Assembly (NCBI GenBank): GCA_965198065.1
Contig: CBDAON010000004.1
Location: forward strand, 2,240,001-2,304,000
Reading direction: 5' to 3'
From: Longimicrobiales bacterium
GTDB taxonomy: Bacteria; Gemmatimonadota; Gemmatimonadetes; Longimicrobiales; Gaopeijiaceae
Length of the DNA stretch: 64,000 bases
Under the pieces are notes generated by a model. That model had not been told where the DNA came from, searched no databases, and saw nothing but the letters and a program-made list of their open reading frames with translations. Positions within the stretch are counted from its first letter, which is position 1; every line of letters starts with the position of its first letter. Shown here piece after piece: positions 1 through 10,312 of this stretch. The translations under genes and the position numbers were made by a program.

Positions 1-51
1 GGGAGGGCCTCGGAGGCGCTCCCGGCCTTCCTGGAGCGGCCCCTGTCCTAG
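1..51 (+). CDS. 3' end of an upstream gene, possibly a Sir2/CobB-type deacylase C-terminus
   Basis: Frame 1 reads GRASEALPAFLERPLS* to TAG at 49-51, resembling the G-x-A-x-E-x-L-P tail of sirtuins. Only 16 codons are visible. Confidence 0.25.
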   Translation, partial: GRASEALPAFLERPLS

Positions 52-189
52 GCGTTCCGTGTCGCCTCTCCCGCGCTTGCCCCACCGGGGGGGCGTCCGC
101 ATCCTTACGCGCCGCGGGCGTGGAGACACGCCCCGCGCCTCCGGGAGCGAGGTTCACGGGATACGAGATCCTCATCGCCCAGGGAGATC

Positions 190-1158
190 ATGCCGCGGAC
201 GACGCTCGTCACGGGAGGTGCCGGCTTCATCGGCTCCCACCTCGTCGAATCCCTCCTCCGGCAGGGAGAGGACGTATTCGTCCTGGACGACCTCTCGACG
301 GGACGGATCGATAATCTGGCGGCCGTACGGACGCATCCCCGGCTGCACGTGATCGTGGATTCGATCATGAACTGGCCCGTCATGCACGACGTGGCGGCCT
401 CGGTGGACCGCGTGATCCACTTGGCGGCGGCGGTCGGAGTGCGGAAGATCATGGACGAGCCGGTCGCGACCATCACGACCAACGTGCGGGGCACGGAGAT
501 CGTCCTCGACATCTGTCACCGCATGAACCTGCCCCTCTTCGTGGCCTCCACCTCGGAGATCTACGGCAAGGCCGGGGTCGCGCTCCACGAGGACCACGAT
601 CGCATCATGGGCTCCACCACGCTCCGCCGCTGGGCATACGCCTGCACGAAGGCGCTGGACGAGTTCCTCGCCCTCGCCTATCACCAGGAGAGAGAGCTCC
701 CGGTGGTGATCGGTCGTTTCTTCAACACCGTGGGACCGAGGCAGAGGGGCCGCTGGGGGATGGTGCTCCCCACCTTCGTGGGTCAGGCGTTGAAGGGCGA
801 GCCGGTGACCGTGTACGGCACGGGCCAGCAGCGACGCTCCTTTATCCACGTGGCCGACGCGGTCCGTGCCGTCGAGGGGCTGATGGAGAAGGAGGAGGCC
901 CTCGGACAGGTCTTCAACATCGGACGCGAAGAGGAGCTCTCCATCCTCGGGCTGGCCGAGCGCGTGATCGAACGGACCGGCTCGAGCTCGCCGATCCGGC
1001 TCGTCCAGTACGCCGAGGCATACGGAGAGGGATTCGAGGACATGGAGCGCCGCCAGCCTGACACAGAGAAGCTCGGGAGGCTCATGGATTGGTCCCCCGA
1101 GCGAGGAGTGGACGAGATGATCGATCAGGTCGCGGAGGACCTGCGCACCCGGGCCTAA
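190..1158 (+). CDS. NAD-dependent nucleotide-sugar epimerase/dehydratase (extended SDR)
   Basis: TGGAGFIG Rossmann motif, ASTSEIYG, YACTK catalytic YxxxK, RFFNTVGPRQ; GGAGA RBS upstream. Confidence 0.9.
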   Translation: MPRTTLVTGGAGFIGSHLVESLLRQGEDVFVLDDLSTGRIDNLAAVRTHPRLHVIVDSIMNWPVMHDVAASVDRVIHLAAAVGVRKIMDEPVATITTNVRGTEIVLDICHRMNLPLFVASTSEIYGKAGVALHEDHDRIMGSTTLRRWAYACTKALDEFLALAYHQERELPVVIGRFFNTVGPRQRGRWGMVLPTFVGQALKGEPVTVYGTGQQRRSFIHVADAVRAVEGLMEKEEALGQVFNIGREEELSILGLAERVIERTGSSSPIRLVQYAEAYGEGFEDMERRQPDTEKLGRLMDWSPERGVDEMIDQVAEDLRTRA

Positions 1159-1175
1159 CAACCTGCAGCAGCTGA

Positions 1176-2666
1176 ATGGGGAATCCCGTTCTATTCACGC
1201 TCCTCCTGGGAGCCGCGGCGTTCGTCGTCGCGTTCGTCCTTACCCCGCTCATCCGAGGCTTCGCGTTGAGCCAGGCGGTCGTGGATCCCGTACGCGACGA
1301 TCGCTGGAGCCGGAGCCCCACGCCTCGCCTCGGGGGGCTCGCGATCTTCGGGGGCTTCGCCGTCGCGGCCGGGATCGGGATCGCGCTCAGGCGGGGCGCC
1401 GTCGCCCTCGAGGTCGAGGGCATCCCACCCTGGGGCGGTTGGTCGGCCGAGGAGGCGATCGTGCTCGCGGGATTCGTCATGTTCGTCACGGGGCTCGCGG
1501 ACGACCGCCGCGCCCTCGCCCCGGCGGCGAAGCTTCTCCCCCAGTTGGTCGCCGCCGTCGTGCTGATCGCGAGCGGCGTGATGCTCCGGCTGACGGGCGT
1601 GTTCGCCCTGGACGTCACGCTCTCGATCTTTTGGTTCGTCGGGATCACGAACGCGCTCAACCTGCTCGACAACATGGATGGGCTGGCGGGCGGGATCGCG
1701 GTCATCTGCGCCATTTTCCTGGGGGCGATCTTCCTGGCCGACGGCCGGGTCGATCTCGCCCTGTTCGCGCTGGCGCTTGCGGGAGCGACGGGCGGGTTTC
1801 TGGTCCACAACTTCCCGCCGTCGAAGATCTTCATGGGGGACTCCGGGGCCCTGTTCCTCGGGGTCGTCCTCGCAGGACTCGCGCTCTCGCCCGTGCCCGG
1901 GGGGAGCCGTGGGGTGCTCGCGGTCCTGGCCGTTCCAGCGTCCCTCCTTGCGATCCCGATCCTGGACACGACGCTCGTGACGGCGGCTCGCGTGCTCGAG
2001 GGCCGCTCCGTGGCGCAAGGGGGGCGGGACCACACGTCCCACCGGCTCGTGGCGCTCGGGGTTCCGGAGCCCCGCGCAGTCCTCTTCCTCTGGTCGCTCG
2101 CGGCTCTCGGGGGCGCCGTCGCGTTCTTCCTCCAGGGGGAGGGACGCACGGTCACGCTGCTCGTCGGGGGTGGGTTCCTCGTCGTCCTCGTGCTCGTCGG
2201 GGCCCGCTTGCTCCAGGTCACGCTCCCGCACCACCTGATCGGACGGTCGGACGCGGAGGCCCAGTTCCGCCGGGCGCTCCTCTGGGGCCGGGTGCGCCCG
2301 GTCTTCCTCATCGTGCTAGACGTGCTCGTGGTGGTGCTGGCGTACTACGCCGCATATCTGATCCGATGGCGGCCGCCGGAGCTCGTGGCCGAGCTCGAGT
2401 ACTTCCAGCGATCGCTCCCGCTGGTCGTGGGAGCCAAGCTCCTGGGGTTCGGTCTGGCGGGTCTCTACGACCGGAAGGGCATCCTGGACGATCCCCGCCT
2501 CCTCTTCCGGGCGAGCACCGTAGGGTCCCTCGCGGCCGCGGCGGTTCTCCTGCTCGTGGCCGGGTTCGGGCTCTCCCGTGGGGTCCTCCTCCTCGACTTC
2601 TTCTTCTGCACGCTCCTCGCCGGAGCCGTGAGACTCGCCCCTGGATTTCGGATGGCGGAGGTGTGA
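1176..2666 (+). CDS. WecA/TagO (MraY-family) undecaprenyl-phosphate sugar-1-phosphate transferase with extra C-terminal TM segment
   Basis: TPRLGG, GLADD, NALNLLDNMDGL, FMGDSG and DHTSHRL motifs; many TM helices. Confidence 0.88.
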   Translation: MGNPVLFTLLLGAAAFVVAFVLTPLIRGFALSQAVVDPVRDDRWSRSPTPRLGGLAIFGGFAVAAGIGIALRRGAVALEVEGIPPWGGWSAEEAIVLAGFVMFVTGLADDRRALAPAAKLLPQLVAAVVLIASGVMLRLTGVFALDVTLSIFWFVGITNALNLLDNMDGLAGGIAVICAIFLGAIFLADGRVDLALFALALAGATGGFLVHNFPPSKIFMGDSGALFLGVVLAGLALSPVPGGSRGVLAVLAVPASLLAIPILDTTLVTAARVLEGRSVAQGGRDHTSHRLVALGVPEPRAVLFLWSLAALGGAVAFFLQGEGRTVTLLVGGGFLVVLVLVGARLLQVTLPHHLIGRSDAEAQFRRALLWGRVRPVFLIVLDVLVVVLAYYAAYLIRWRPPELVAELEYFQRSLPLVVGAKLLGFGLAGLYDRKGILDDPRLLFRASTVGSLAAAAVLLLVAGFGLSRGVLLLDFFFCTLLAGAVRLAPGFRMAEV

Positions 2667-2745
2667 CGGCCTTGTCTTCGTACTCCGCGTCGTTTCAATT
2701 CACTGGTTTCCCCGAGTGGCGATCCCTGCCAGAGCGGAACGCTCC

Positions 2746-4779
2746 ATGATGAACGGGAACGGGACCGACGGAGCCTACGGGCGGGGCGGACGCGGCCTCT
2801 TCCGTCCCTTCATCGAGCGCCACCGCTTCCTGGTGGCTCACACAATCTACACTGGGCTGGCGGCCTGCTCGCTGCTCGCCGCCTACTTCCTTCGCTTCGA
2901 GTTCGCGGCCCCCCCTGGCAGGTCGATGGGGCGCTCCTCGCCCTCCCGTTTCTGCTCGTTGCCCGGTTCTTCTCGAACTGGCGCTGGGGGCTCTCGAGCG
3001 CGCGCTGGCGCTTCGTCGGGACGCCGGAGGTCGTGCGCCTGGGCGGGGCGGTGGCCACCGGGTCGGTGGCTTTCGTGGTCGCCGTCTACGCGCTTCCGTT
3101 CGCGCCCGCGGTACCCCGGTCGATCTTCCTGATCGAGGCCGCGCTCACCACCCTGGGCATCGCCGGCGTCTGGCTCGTCTATCGCTTGAGCTTCGAGTCC
3201 TCGAGGCGGCACCAGAGCCGCGGGGGCGCGGCGCCACGGCGCGTGATCATAGTCGGGGCGGGGGAGGCCGGGAGCCTCCTGACCCGGGAGATGGTGCGCC
3301 GGGATCACGGATACCGGGTTGTGGGCTTCGTGGACGACGACCCCCTAAAGTGGGGCACGCGGATCCAGGGGATCGAGGTCGTGGGGAGCACGGACGACCT
3401 CGCGGAGATCGTGCGCCACCTGGGTGCACACGAGGTCATCATCGTGATCCCGTCGGCGGGCCCGGAAGCCCTCCGGAGAATCGTCGAGCGGTGCCAGGGG
3501 ATTTACGTGCCGTTCAAGGTGCTTCCGGGGATTGGGGAGGTGTTCGCGGGCGACGTGGGTCCGGGACGGGTGCGGGAGCTCCGGATCGAGGACCTTCTCG
3601 GCCGGTACCCGATCTCGCTGGCTCTCCCCGAGCTCGGGGCCGACCTCGGGGGCAAGACGGTCCTGGTGACGGGCGCGGCGGGCTCGATCGGCTCCGAGCT
3701 GGCCCGGCAGATCGCCGTGAACCGCCCCGGGGAGCTCATCCTCCTCGACGTCGCGGAGAGCGCGCTCTTCTTCATCGAGCGGGAGATCCGGGAAGAGCAT
3801 CCGAACCTTGCGGTACGAGCCTTGGTGGGGAACATCCTCGATCGGTCCCTCATGGACGGGCTGTTCGGCGCGCACGGGGTGCAGCGGGTGTACCACGCGG
3901 CCGCGTTCAAGCACGTACCGCTCATGCAGATGAACGTCCGCGCGGCCGTCATGAACAACGTGCTCGGCACCTGGCGCGTCGCGGAGGCGGCGGGACGGTA
4001 CGGCACGGGGAAGTTCGTCCTCATCTCGACCGACAAGGCCGTGCGTCCGGCGAGCGTCATGGGGATTACGAAGCGTCTGGCCGAGCTGGTGGTGACGTCG
4101 TGCCAGGAGCAGTTCTCGGGGACTGATTTCATGGCCGTGCGGTTCGGGAACGTGCTTGGGTCGGCCTGCAGCGTCGTGCCCATCTTCCAACGGCAGCTCC
4201 GGGAGGGGAAGCCGCTCACGGTGACCCATCCCGAGGTGACCCGCTACTTCATGACGATCCCGGAAGCGGTCCAGCTGGTGCTCCAGGCCTCGCTCCTGCC
4301 TGGCGCGGCCGGGAAGGTTGCCATGCTCGAGATGGGCGCCCCGGTCCGGATTGTGGACCTCGCCAGGAACATGATCCGCCTCTCGGGAAAGCGGCCGGAC
4401 GTGGACGTTCCCATCGTGTACACGGGGCTCCGCCCCGGCGAGAAGCTTCACGAGGAGCTCTGCTCGCCGGAGGAGGACACCAAGGCGAACCTCCGTGGGG
4501 AAGGTCCTGCTGGTGAGCACGCGGAACGGATCCGTCGGGCGGTCCGCGGCGGCGATCCTCTCCGCGATCGTTCTCGAGGTGGAAGAGTGGTGGAGGGACG
4601 GGGCGCCGGGCGGCGCGGAGCAGCGGCTCGAACGGCTCGACCGCTTCTACCGGAGGCTCACGGAGCCCTCGGCGCCGGGCGAGGGTCCGATCCTCACGGC
4701 CATGCCCAGTGAGACAGTTCGGACCATCACGCACGCGCAGGAGCGCGGGCGAGCGGAGAGGAAGGAAGCATCGGCTTGA
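2746..4779 (+). pseudogene. CapD/PglF/WbpM-type membrane-anchored NDP-sugar 4,6-dehydratase, frameshifted near ~2915 and ~4490
   Basis: GAGEAG, FVDDD, EDLLGR, TGAAGSIGSEL, HAAAFKHVP, ISTDKAV, RFGNVLGS, TRYFMTIPEA, GLRPGEKLHEEL. The N-terminal TM part and the C-terminus lie in other frames. Confidence 0.85.
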
Positions 4780-6527
4780 CCCTCGCCGCGCTCTTCACCC
4801 TCGCCGTGATCGCGGGCACGCTGATCGCGACGGCGAGGGACCTCCTCCCCCCGCCCGCGGCGATTCTCGGAGCCGTGGTGCTCCTCCTTCTGGTGGGCGT
4901 GATCACGCCCGCCGACGCCTTCGCGGGCTTCTCCAACCCGGCGCCCATCACGGTCGCGGCGCTCTACGTCGTGGCGGGGGCGGTGGAGAGGGCCGGGGCG
5001 TTACAGCCGCTCGTGCGCCGCATGCTCGGAGGCCGTGGCGGCACCCGGAGCGCGCTCGCCCGGCTTCTCCTCCCGGCCGCGGGGGCGTCCGCGTTCCTGA
5101 ACAACACGCCTATTGTGGCCATGCTGTCTCCCCAGGTCTCGGAGTGGGCGCATCAGCGCGGTCACCCACCCTCGTGGTACCTGATGCCGCTCTCCTTCGC
5201 CGCGATCCTGGGAGGCACGATCACCCTCGTCGGCACCTCCACGAACATCGTCGTCTCCGGGCTCATGCAGGAGGCTGGCCTGGCCCCCATCGGGATGTTC
5301 GAGATGACCCGCGTGGGGCTCCCACTCGCGATCCTGGGCATCGGCTTCATCGTGGCGTGTGCGCCATGGCTCGTTCCGACCCGCCTCGGGGCGCGCAGGG
5401 AGTTCGAGGCGGAGGCCCGGGACTTCGTCTTCCGCATGGAGGTGAAGGAGGGAGGGCCGCTTGACGGGACCTCGGTCGAGGAAGGCGGCCTGAGGCACCT
5501 TCGGGGGGTCTTCCTTGCGGAGATCGAGCGGGAGGGGGAGGTCCTGGCTCCCGCGCGGCCCGATACGACGCTTAAGGGCGGGGACCGGCTCCTGTTCGTC
5601 GGCGCCGCCGACGACGTCGTAGACCTCCAGAAGATGCGGGGCCTCCGCTCGACCGAGCACGCCCTCGACCTGACCCAGCCGGGGCATACCTTCTTCGAGG
5701 CGGTGGTGAGCGCGACCTCCCCGCTTGCGGGAAGCACGCTCAAGGACGTGGGCTTCCGAAGCCGCTACCAGGGCGCGGTCATGGCCATCCACCGCTCGGG
5801 CGACCGGATTCAGGCGAAGCTGGGAGACGTGCGGATCCGGCACGGTGACACGCTCCTCGTCCTCAGCGACGAGGGGTGGCGCGACCGCTGGCGCCACCGC
5901 CCCGACTTTCTCCTCGTGTCCCACCTCGGCGGCTCGCCTCCCGCAGGCACCCGCCGCGCCCTCTATGCCGCCGGCGTGACATTGGCCATGGTCGCGGCTG
6001 CCGGATCGGGGCTCATGTCGATGCTGAACGCCGCGCTGCTCGCGGCGATCCTGATGGTCGCGGGCCGAGCGCTCACACCTGCGGAGGCCCGCCGCTCGGT
6101 GGACCTGAACGTGATCGTCCTCATCGCGGCGTCGTTCGGGCTCGGGGCCGCGATCGATAGCTCGGGGCTCGCCGGGGTGATCGCCGCCGCGTCCGCCGCG
6201 TTCGGGCCGATCGGCATCCTGCTTGGCGTGGGAGTCGTGACGATGCTCCTGACGGAGATGATCACGAATAACGCTGCGGCGGTCCTGGTCTTTCCGGTGG
6301 CCGTTTCCACGGCGGCGGCGGCGAGCCTCGACCCGCGCCCGTTCGCGATCGTCGTCGCCTTCGCCGCGTCGGCCTCGTTCCTCACCCCGATCGGTTATCA
6401 GACGAACACAATGGTCTACGGACCGGGCGGGTACCGGTTCACGGACTACCTGCGTCTTGGCGTGCCGCTGAGCGTGGCGGTGCTCCTCGTCCTGGGCGCG
6501 CTCGTGCCGCTCTTCTGGAGCCTGTGA
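4776..6527 (+). CDS. SLC13-family permease with two TrkA-C/RCK_C domains (probable sulfate/anion transporter)
   Basis: SAFLNNTPIVA, GTITLVGTSTN, TEMITNNAAA and TPIGYQTNTMVYGPGGYRF motifs; adjacent to cysQDNC. Confidence 0.85.
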   Translation: MTLAALFTLAVIAGTLIATARDLLPPPAAILGAVVLLLLVGVITPADAFAGFSNPAPITVAALYVVAGAVERAGALQPLVRRMLGGRGGTRSALARLLLPAAGASAFLNNTPIVAMLSPQVSEWAHQRGHPPSWYLMPLSFAAILGGTITLVGTSTNIVVSGLMQEAGLAPIGMFEMTRVGLPLAILGIGFIVACAPWLVPTRLGARREFEAEARDFVFRMEVKEGGPLDGTSVEEGGLRHLRGVFLAEIEREGEVLAPARPDTTLKGGDRLLFVGAADDVVDLQKMRGLRSTEHALDLTQPGHTFFEAVVSATSPLAGSTLKDVGFRSRYQGAVMAIHRSGDRIQAKLGDVRIRHGDTLLVLSDEGWRDRWRHRPDFLLVSHLGGSPPAGTRRALYAAGVTLAMVAAAGSGLMSMLNAALLAAILMVAGRALTPAEARRSVDLNVIVLIAASFGLGAAIDSSGLAGVIAAASAAFGPIGILLGVGVVTMLLTEMITNNAAAVLVFPVAVSTAAAASLDPRPFAIVVAFAASASFLTPIGYQTNTMVYGPGGYRFTDYLRLGVPLSVAVLLVLGALVPLFWSL

Positions 6528-6564
6528 GCCCGCGGGCCGGGCTCGGAGCCGTCCGGGTGAAGGG

Positions 6565-7405
6565 ATGACGCGGGATCCCGTAGACATGGATGGCTTGGTC
6601 GAGGTCACCGAGCGCGCCGGCGGGGAGATCCTTCGGCGATACGGCGACCCCGGGCCAGTGCAAGAGAAGGGAGATCGATCGCCCCTTACGGAAGCCGACC
6701 AGGCCTCGCACGCCCTCCTCGTTCGGGAGCTGCCGCGGCTCCTCCCCGGCGTCCCCGTCCTCTCGGAGGAGTCGGAGGCGAGGGAGGTCCGGGGCCGGTG
6801 GGACTGGCCCCGCCTCTGGATCGTGGATCCGCTCGACGGGACGAAGGAGTTCCTCAAGGGTACGGTTCACCGTGAACGTCGCGCTCGTCGACGAGGGGTT
6901 CCCGCTCCTAGGTGTGGTGCACGTTCCCGCCCAGGGGAGGAGCTACCGCGCGTCCCCGGCGCTCGGGGCCCAGGTGGCGGACGTGGACGGGCTTCGCCCG
7001 ATCCGGTCGAGAACGTTTCCTAGGGATTCCCCGGTGCTCGTCGCGAGTCGGGATCATTCGGGCCCCGGAGTGGATGCCCTGGCCGCGGCCCTGGGACCGG
7101 CCGTCCAGTTCACGAGCATGGGAAGCTCCCTTAAGTTCTGTCTCGTTGCAGAGGGGCGCGCCGATCTCTATCTGAGGGACCTTCCGACGTTGGAGTGGGA
7201 CACGGCCGCCGCTCAGAGCGTGCTCGAGCATGCGGGTGGAGCGGTGTACGGCCTTTCCCGGGACGGAGCCGGGGCGCTGGCCGGACGCTTCGACGGCTCG
7301 CGGCTCCGCTACAACAAGGATTCGCTCGAGAACCCTCCGTTCCTGGCCGTGGGCGACCCGACGGGTGCCTGGCGGGAAGGGATCGCGGAGGAGCCGAAGG
7401 CATGA
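6565..7405 (+). pseudogene. cysQ: 3'(2'),5'-bisphosphate nucleotidase CysQ, one frameshift near 6860
   Basis: SPLTEAD, LSEES, WIVDPLDGTKEF, then in the next frame FTVNVAL, SRDH, GSSLKFCLVAEGRAD, EWDTAAA. Confidence 0.85.
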
Positions 7406-7418
7406 CGGGCTCGTTCCA

Positions 7419-8324
7419 ATGAAGAAGAAGATCCACGGGCATCTGGAGATGCTCGAGCACGAGTCCGTCTATGTCCTCCGGGAAGTCGCGGCCCAGTTCG
7501 AGCGCCCGATCCTCCTCTTTTCCGGTGGAAAGGACTCGATCATCCTGGCCTGGCTGGCGAGGAAGGCCTTCCATCCGAGCCCGGTGCCCTTCCCGTTCCT
7601 CCACATCGACACGGGGCACAACTTCCCCGAGACCCTCGAGTTCCGGGACCGCTACGCGAGGGAGTTGAGCTGCGAGCTCGTTGTACGGTACGTCCAGGAG
7701 TCGATCGACCAGGGGCGGGTGAAGGAGGAAATGGGCCCCGAGGTGAGTCGCAACGCGCTCCAAATCGTGACTCTCCTGGATGCCCTGAAGGAGCTCCAGG
7801 CCGACGCTGCCATCGGAGGGGCCCGGCGGGACGAGGAGAAGGCGCGGGCGAAGGAGCGGTTCTTCTCGCACCGGGACCGTTACGGCCAGTGGGATCCGAA
7901 GAACCAGCGCCCCGAGCTCTGGAACCTGTACAACGGTCGGAAAGACCCCGGTGAGCACTTCCGGGTGTTCCCCCTCTCCAACTGGACCGAGATGGACGTG
8001 TGGCAGTACATCCACCTCGAGGGCATCCCCATCCCCAGCCTCTACCTTGCCCACGAGCGGGACGTGGTGCGCCGGGACGGGATCTTGCTCGCCCGCACCG
8101 ACTTCATCCAGATCATTCCCGGGGACGAGGAACTCCGGCGGAGCGTTCGCTTCCGCACGATCGGGGACGCGACGTGCACGGGCGCCTTCGAATCCACGGC
8201 GACGACCATCGAGGCGGTGATTCTGGAGACCGCAGCGGCGCGGATCACGGAGCGCGGAGGGCGCGGCGACGACCGGCGCTCGGACACGTCGATGGAAGAC
8301 AGGAAGAAGGAGGGCTACTTCTGA
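7419..8324 (+). CDS. cysD: sulfate adenylyltransferase subunit 2
   Basis: LFSGGKDS, HIDTGHNF, GGARRDEEKARAKER, WDPKNQRPELW, RFRTIGD, SMEDRKKEGYF. Confidence 0.95.
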   Translation: MKKKIHGHLEMLEHESVYVLREVAAQFERPILLFSGGKDSIILAWLARKAFHPSPVPFPFLHIDTGHNFPETLEFRDRYARELSCELVVRYVQESIDQGRVKEEMGPEVSRNALQIVTLLDALKELQADAAIGGARRDEEKARAKERFFSHRDRYGQWDPKNQRPELWNLYNGRKDPGEHFRVFPLSNWTEMDVWQYIHLEGIPIPSLYLAHERDVVRRDGILLARTDFIQIIPGDEELRRSVRFRTIGDATCTGAFESTATTIEAVILETAAARITERGGRGDDRRSDTSMEDRKKEGYF

Positions 8325-10312
8325 TGGCTTGGGGTTCCGAGGCGCGCGCAGCATCGGCGGCCGGCACGACCGTAGCCCCCCAGGTCTACGGCGAGATGGA
8401 TCTCCTCCGTTTCACCACGGCCGGAAGCGTGGACGACGGGAAGAGTACGCTCATCGGGCGGCTCCTCCACGACACTAAGTCCATCTTCGATGACCAGATG
8501 GAGCAGATCGAGAGGGCGAGCCGCCGCCTCGGAGAGTCGGAGGTGAACCTCGCGCTCATCACGGATGGGCTGCGGGCCGAGCGAGAGCAGAAGATCACGA
8601 TCGACGTGGCCTACCGCTACTTCGCGACCCCCAAGCGGAAGTTCATCATCGCGGACACGCCGGGCCACGTTCAGTACACGCGGAACATGGTCACGGGCGC
8701 CTCCACCGCCGAGCTAGCCATTGTCCTCGTGGATGCGAGGAGCGGGGTGCTCACGCAGTCGAAGAGGCACGCGTTCATCGCCTCCCTGCTTGGGATTCCC
8801 CACCTCATCGTGGCGGTGAACAAGATGGACCTCGTGGACTATGCGGAGGAGGTGTATGAGAGGGTCCGGCACGATTTCGTCGAGTTCTCGCGGAAGCTCA
8901 CCGTACCGGACATCTCGTTCATCCCGATCAGCGCCCTCAAGGGCGACAACGTCGTCGAGTGGTCCAAGCGCATGCCCTGGTACGAGGGCGGCTCTCTCCT
9001 CCACAAGCTCGAGACCGTGAACGTGGGGTCGAGGAGGAACCACATCGACTTCCGCTTCCCCGTGCAGTACGTGCTCCGGCCCGACCAGACGTTTCGGGGC
9101 TACGCGGGCACGGTGGCCTCGGGCTCCGTCTCACCGGGAGAGGAGGTCTTGGTCCTGCCGTCCAGGCGAACCACCCGAATCCGCTCGGTGGAGACCTTCG
9201 ACGGCTCCCGGGACGAGGCCCGTGCGGGAGACGCGGTGGTCCTCACGATCGAGGACGAGGTGGACGTCTCGCGGGGCGACGTGATCGTGCGACGAAGGAA
9301 CGTTCCCATCGTCGGCGACCGCTTCGAGGCCTACCTCTGCTGGATGAGCGAGACGCCGCTCGAGATCGACCGCCCGTACGCGCTTCTTCACACGACCAAT
9401 CGCGTGCAGGCCCTCGTGGAGCGGATCGAGTACCGAGTGGACGTGGATACGCTCCACCGGCAGTCGGCGGACTCGCTCGAGTTGAACGAGATCGGGCGAG
9501 TCGGGATCACGACCTCGAAGCCGCTCTTTTTCGACTCGTATCGCGTGAATGTGCGAACCGGGAGCTTCGTGCTTGTGGATCTGCACTCGAACGTGACGGT
9601 TGCTGCGGGCATGATCCGGGGGGAGCCGGCGGCTGCGGACGAGGCCGAGGCCGCGCGGAGCGCCGCCGGGGTGGAGCGGCCCGTCTCGAGGGATGTGGTA
9701 TGGGAGAGCTGGAACATCCCCCGGGAGGAGCGGGAGGCGCAGACGGGGCACGGGGCCGCGGTCCTCTGGTTCACCGGGTTGCCGGGGGCGGGGAAGACCA
9801 CGATCGCGAGGGCCTTGGAGCAACGTCTGTTCGCACGAGGCGTACGCACTATGCTCCTGGATGGCGACCAGCTCCGGCACGGGCTCTCGGGCGACCTCGG
9901 GTTCACCCCTGGTGAGCGCACCGAGAACATCCGTCGGGTGGGGGAGGTGGCGAAGCTCTTCTTCGAGCAGGGAAGCGTCGTCCTCTGCGCGTTCGTCTCC
10001 CCCTACGCGAGAGGGCGGGACGCCGTGCGGCGGCTCGTTCCGGACGGCCGGTTCCTGGAGATCCACGTGCACGCGCCGGCGGAGGAGCTCCGGCGCCGGG
10101 ACCCGAAGGGGCTCTACCGGAAGGAGGAGAGGGGGGAGGTCGCGCCGCTCACCGGTGTGTCTGCTCCGTACGAGCGGCCGACGAGCGCCGAGCTGGACCT
10201 GGACACCGGGTCCGTGGGGGTGGACGAGGTGGTGGCGGTGGTGCTGGAGATGCTGGAGGGGAAGGGGATCGTCGGGCACCCCTCCGATGCTGGCAACCCT
10301 GGACCGGCGTGA
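8324..10312 (+). CDS. cysNC: bifunctional sulfate adenylyltransferase subunit 1 / adenylylsulfate kinase (CysN-CysC, NodQ-like)
   Basis: GSVDDGKSTLIGRL, ADTPGH and NKMD GTPase motifs; C-terminal WFTGLPGAGKTT, LDGD, RDPKGLY kinase motifs; ATG overlaps the cysD stop (TGATG). Confidence 0.93.
   Translation: MAWGSEARAASAAGTTVAPQVYGEMDLLRFTTAGSVDDGKSTLIGRLLHDTKSIFDDQMEQIERASRRLGESEVNLALITDGLRAEREQKITIDVAYRYFATPKRKFIIADTPGHVQYTRNMVTGASTAELAIVLVDARSGVLTQSKRHAFIASLLGIPHLIVAVNKMDLVDYAEEVYERVRHDFVEFSRKLTVPDISFIPISALKGDNVVEWSKRMPWYEGGSLLHKLETVNVGSRRNHIDFRFPVQYVLRPDQTFRGYAGTVASGSVSPGEEVLVLPSRRTTRIRSVETFDGSRDEARAGDAVVLTIEDEVDVSRGDVIVRRRNVPIVGDRFEAYLCWMSETPLEIDRPYALLHTTNRVQALVERIEYRVDVDTLHRQSADSLELNEIGRVGITTSKPLFFDSYRVNVRTGSFVLVDLHSNVTVAAGMIRGEPAAADEAEAARSAAGVERPVSRDVVWESWNIPREEREAQTGHGAAVLWFTGLPGAGKTTIARALEQRLFARGVRTMLLDGDQLRHGLSGDLGFTPGERTENIRRVGEVAKLFFEQGSVVLCAFVSPYARGRDAVRRLVPDGRFLEIHVHAPAEELRRRDPKGLYRKEERGEVAPLTGVSAPYERPTSAELDLDTGSVGVDEVVAVVLEMLEGKGIVGHPSDAGNPGPA

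Noticed and set aside
5001..6857. Long antisense or alternate-frame ORFs (also 39703-41520, 33243-35096 and those within the 16S)
   Set aside because: These are shadow ORFs expected at high GC: Arg/Gly/Pro-rich, motif-free and overlapping well-supported genes.
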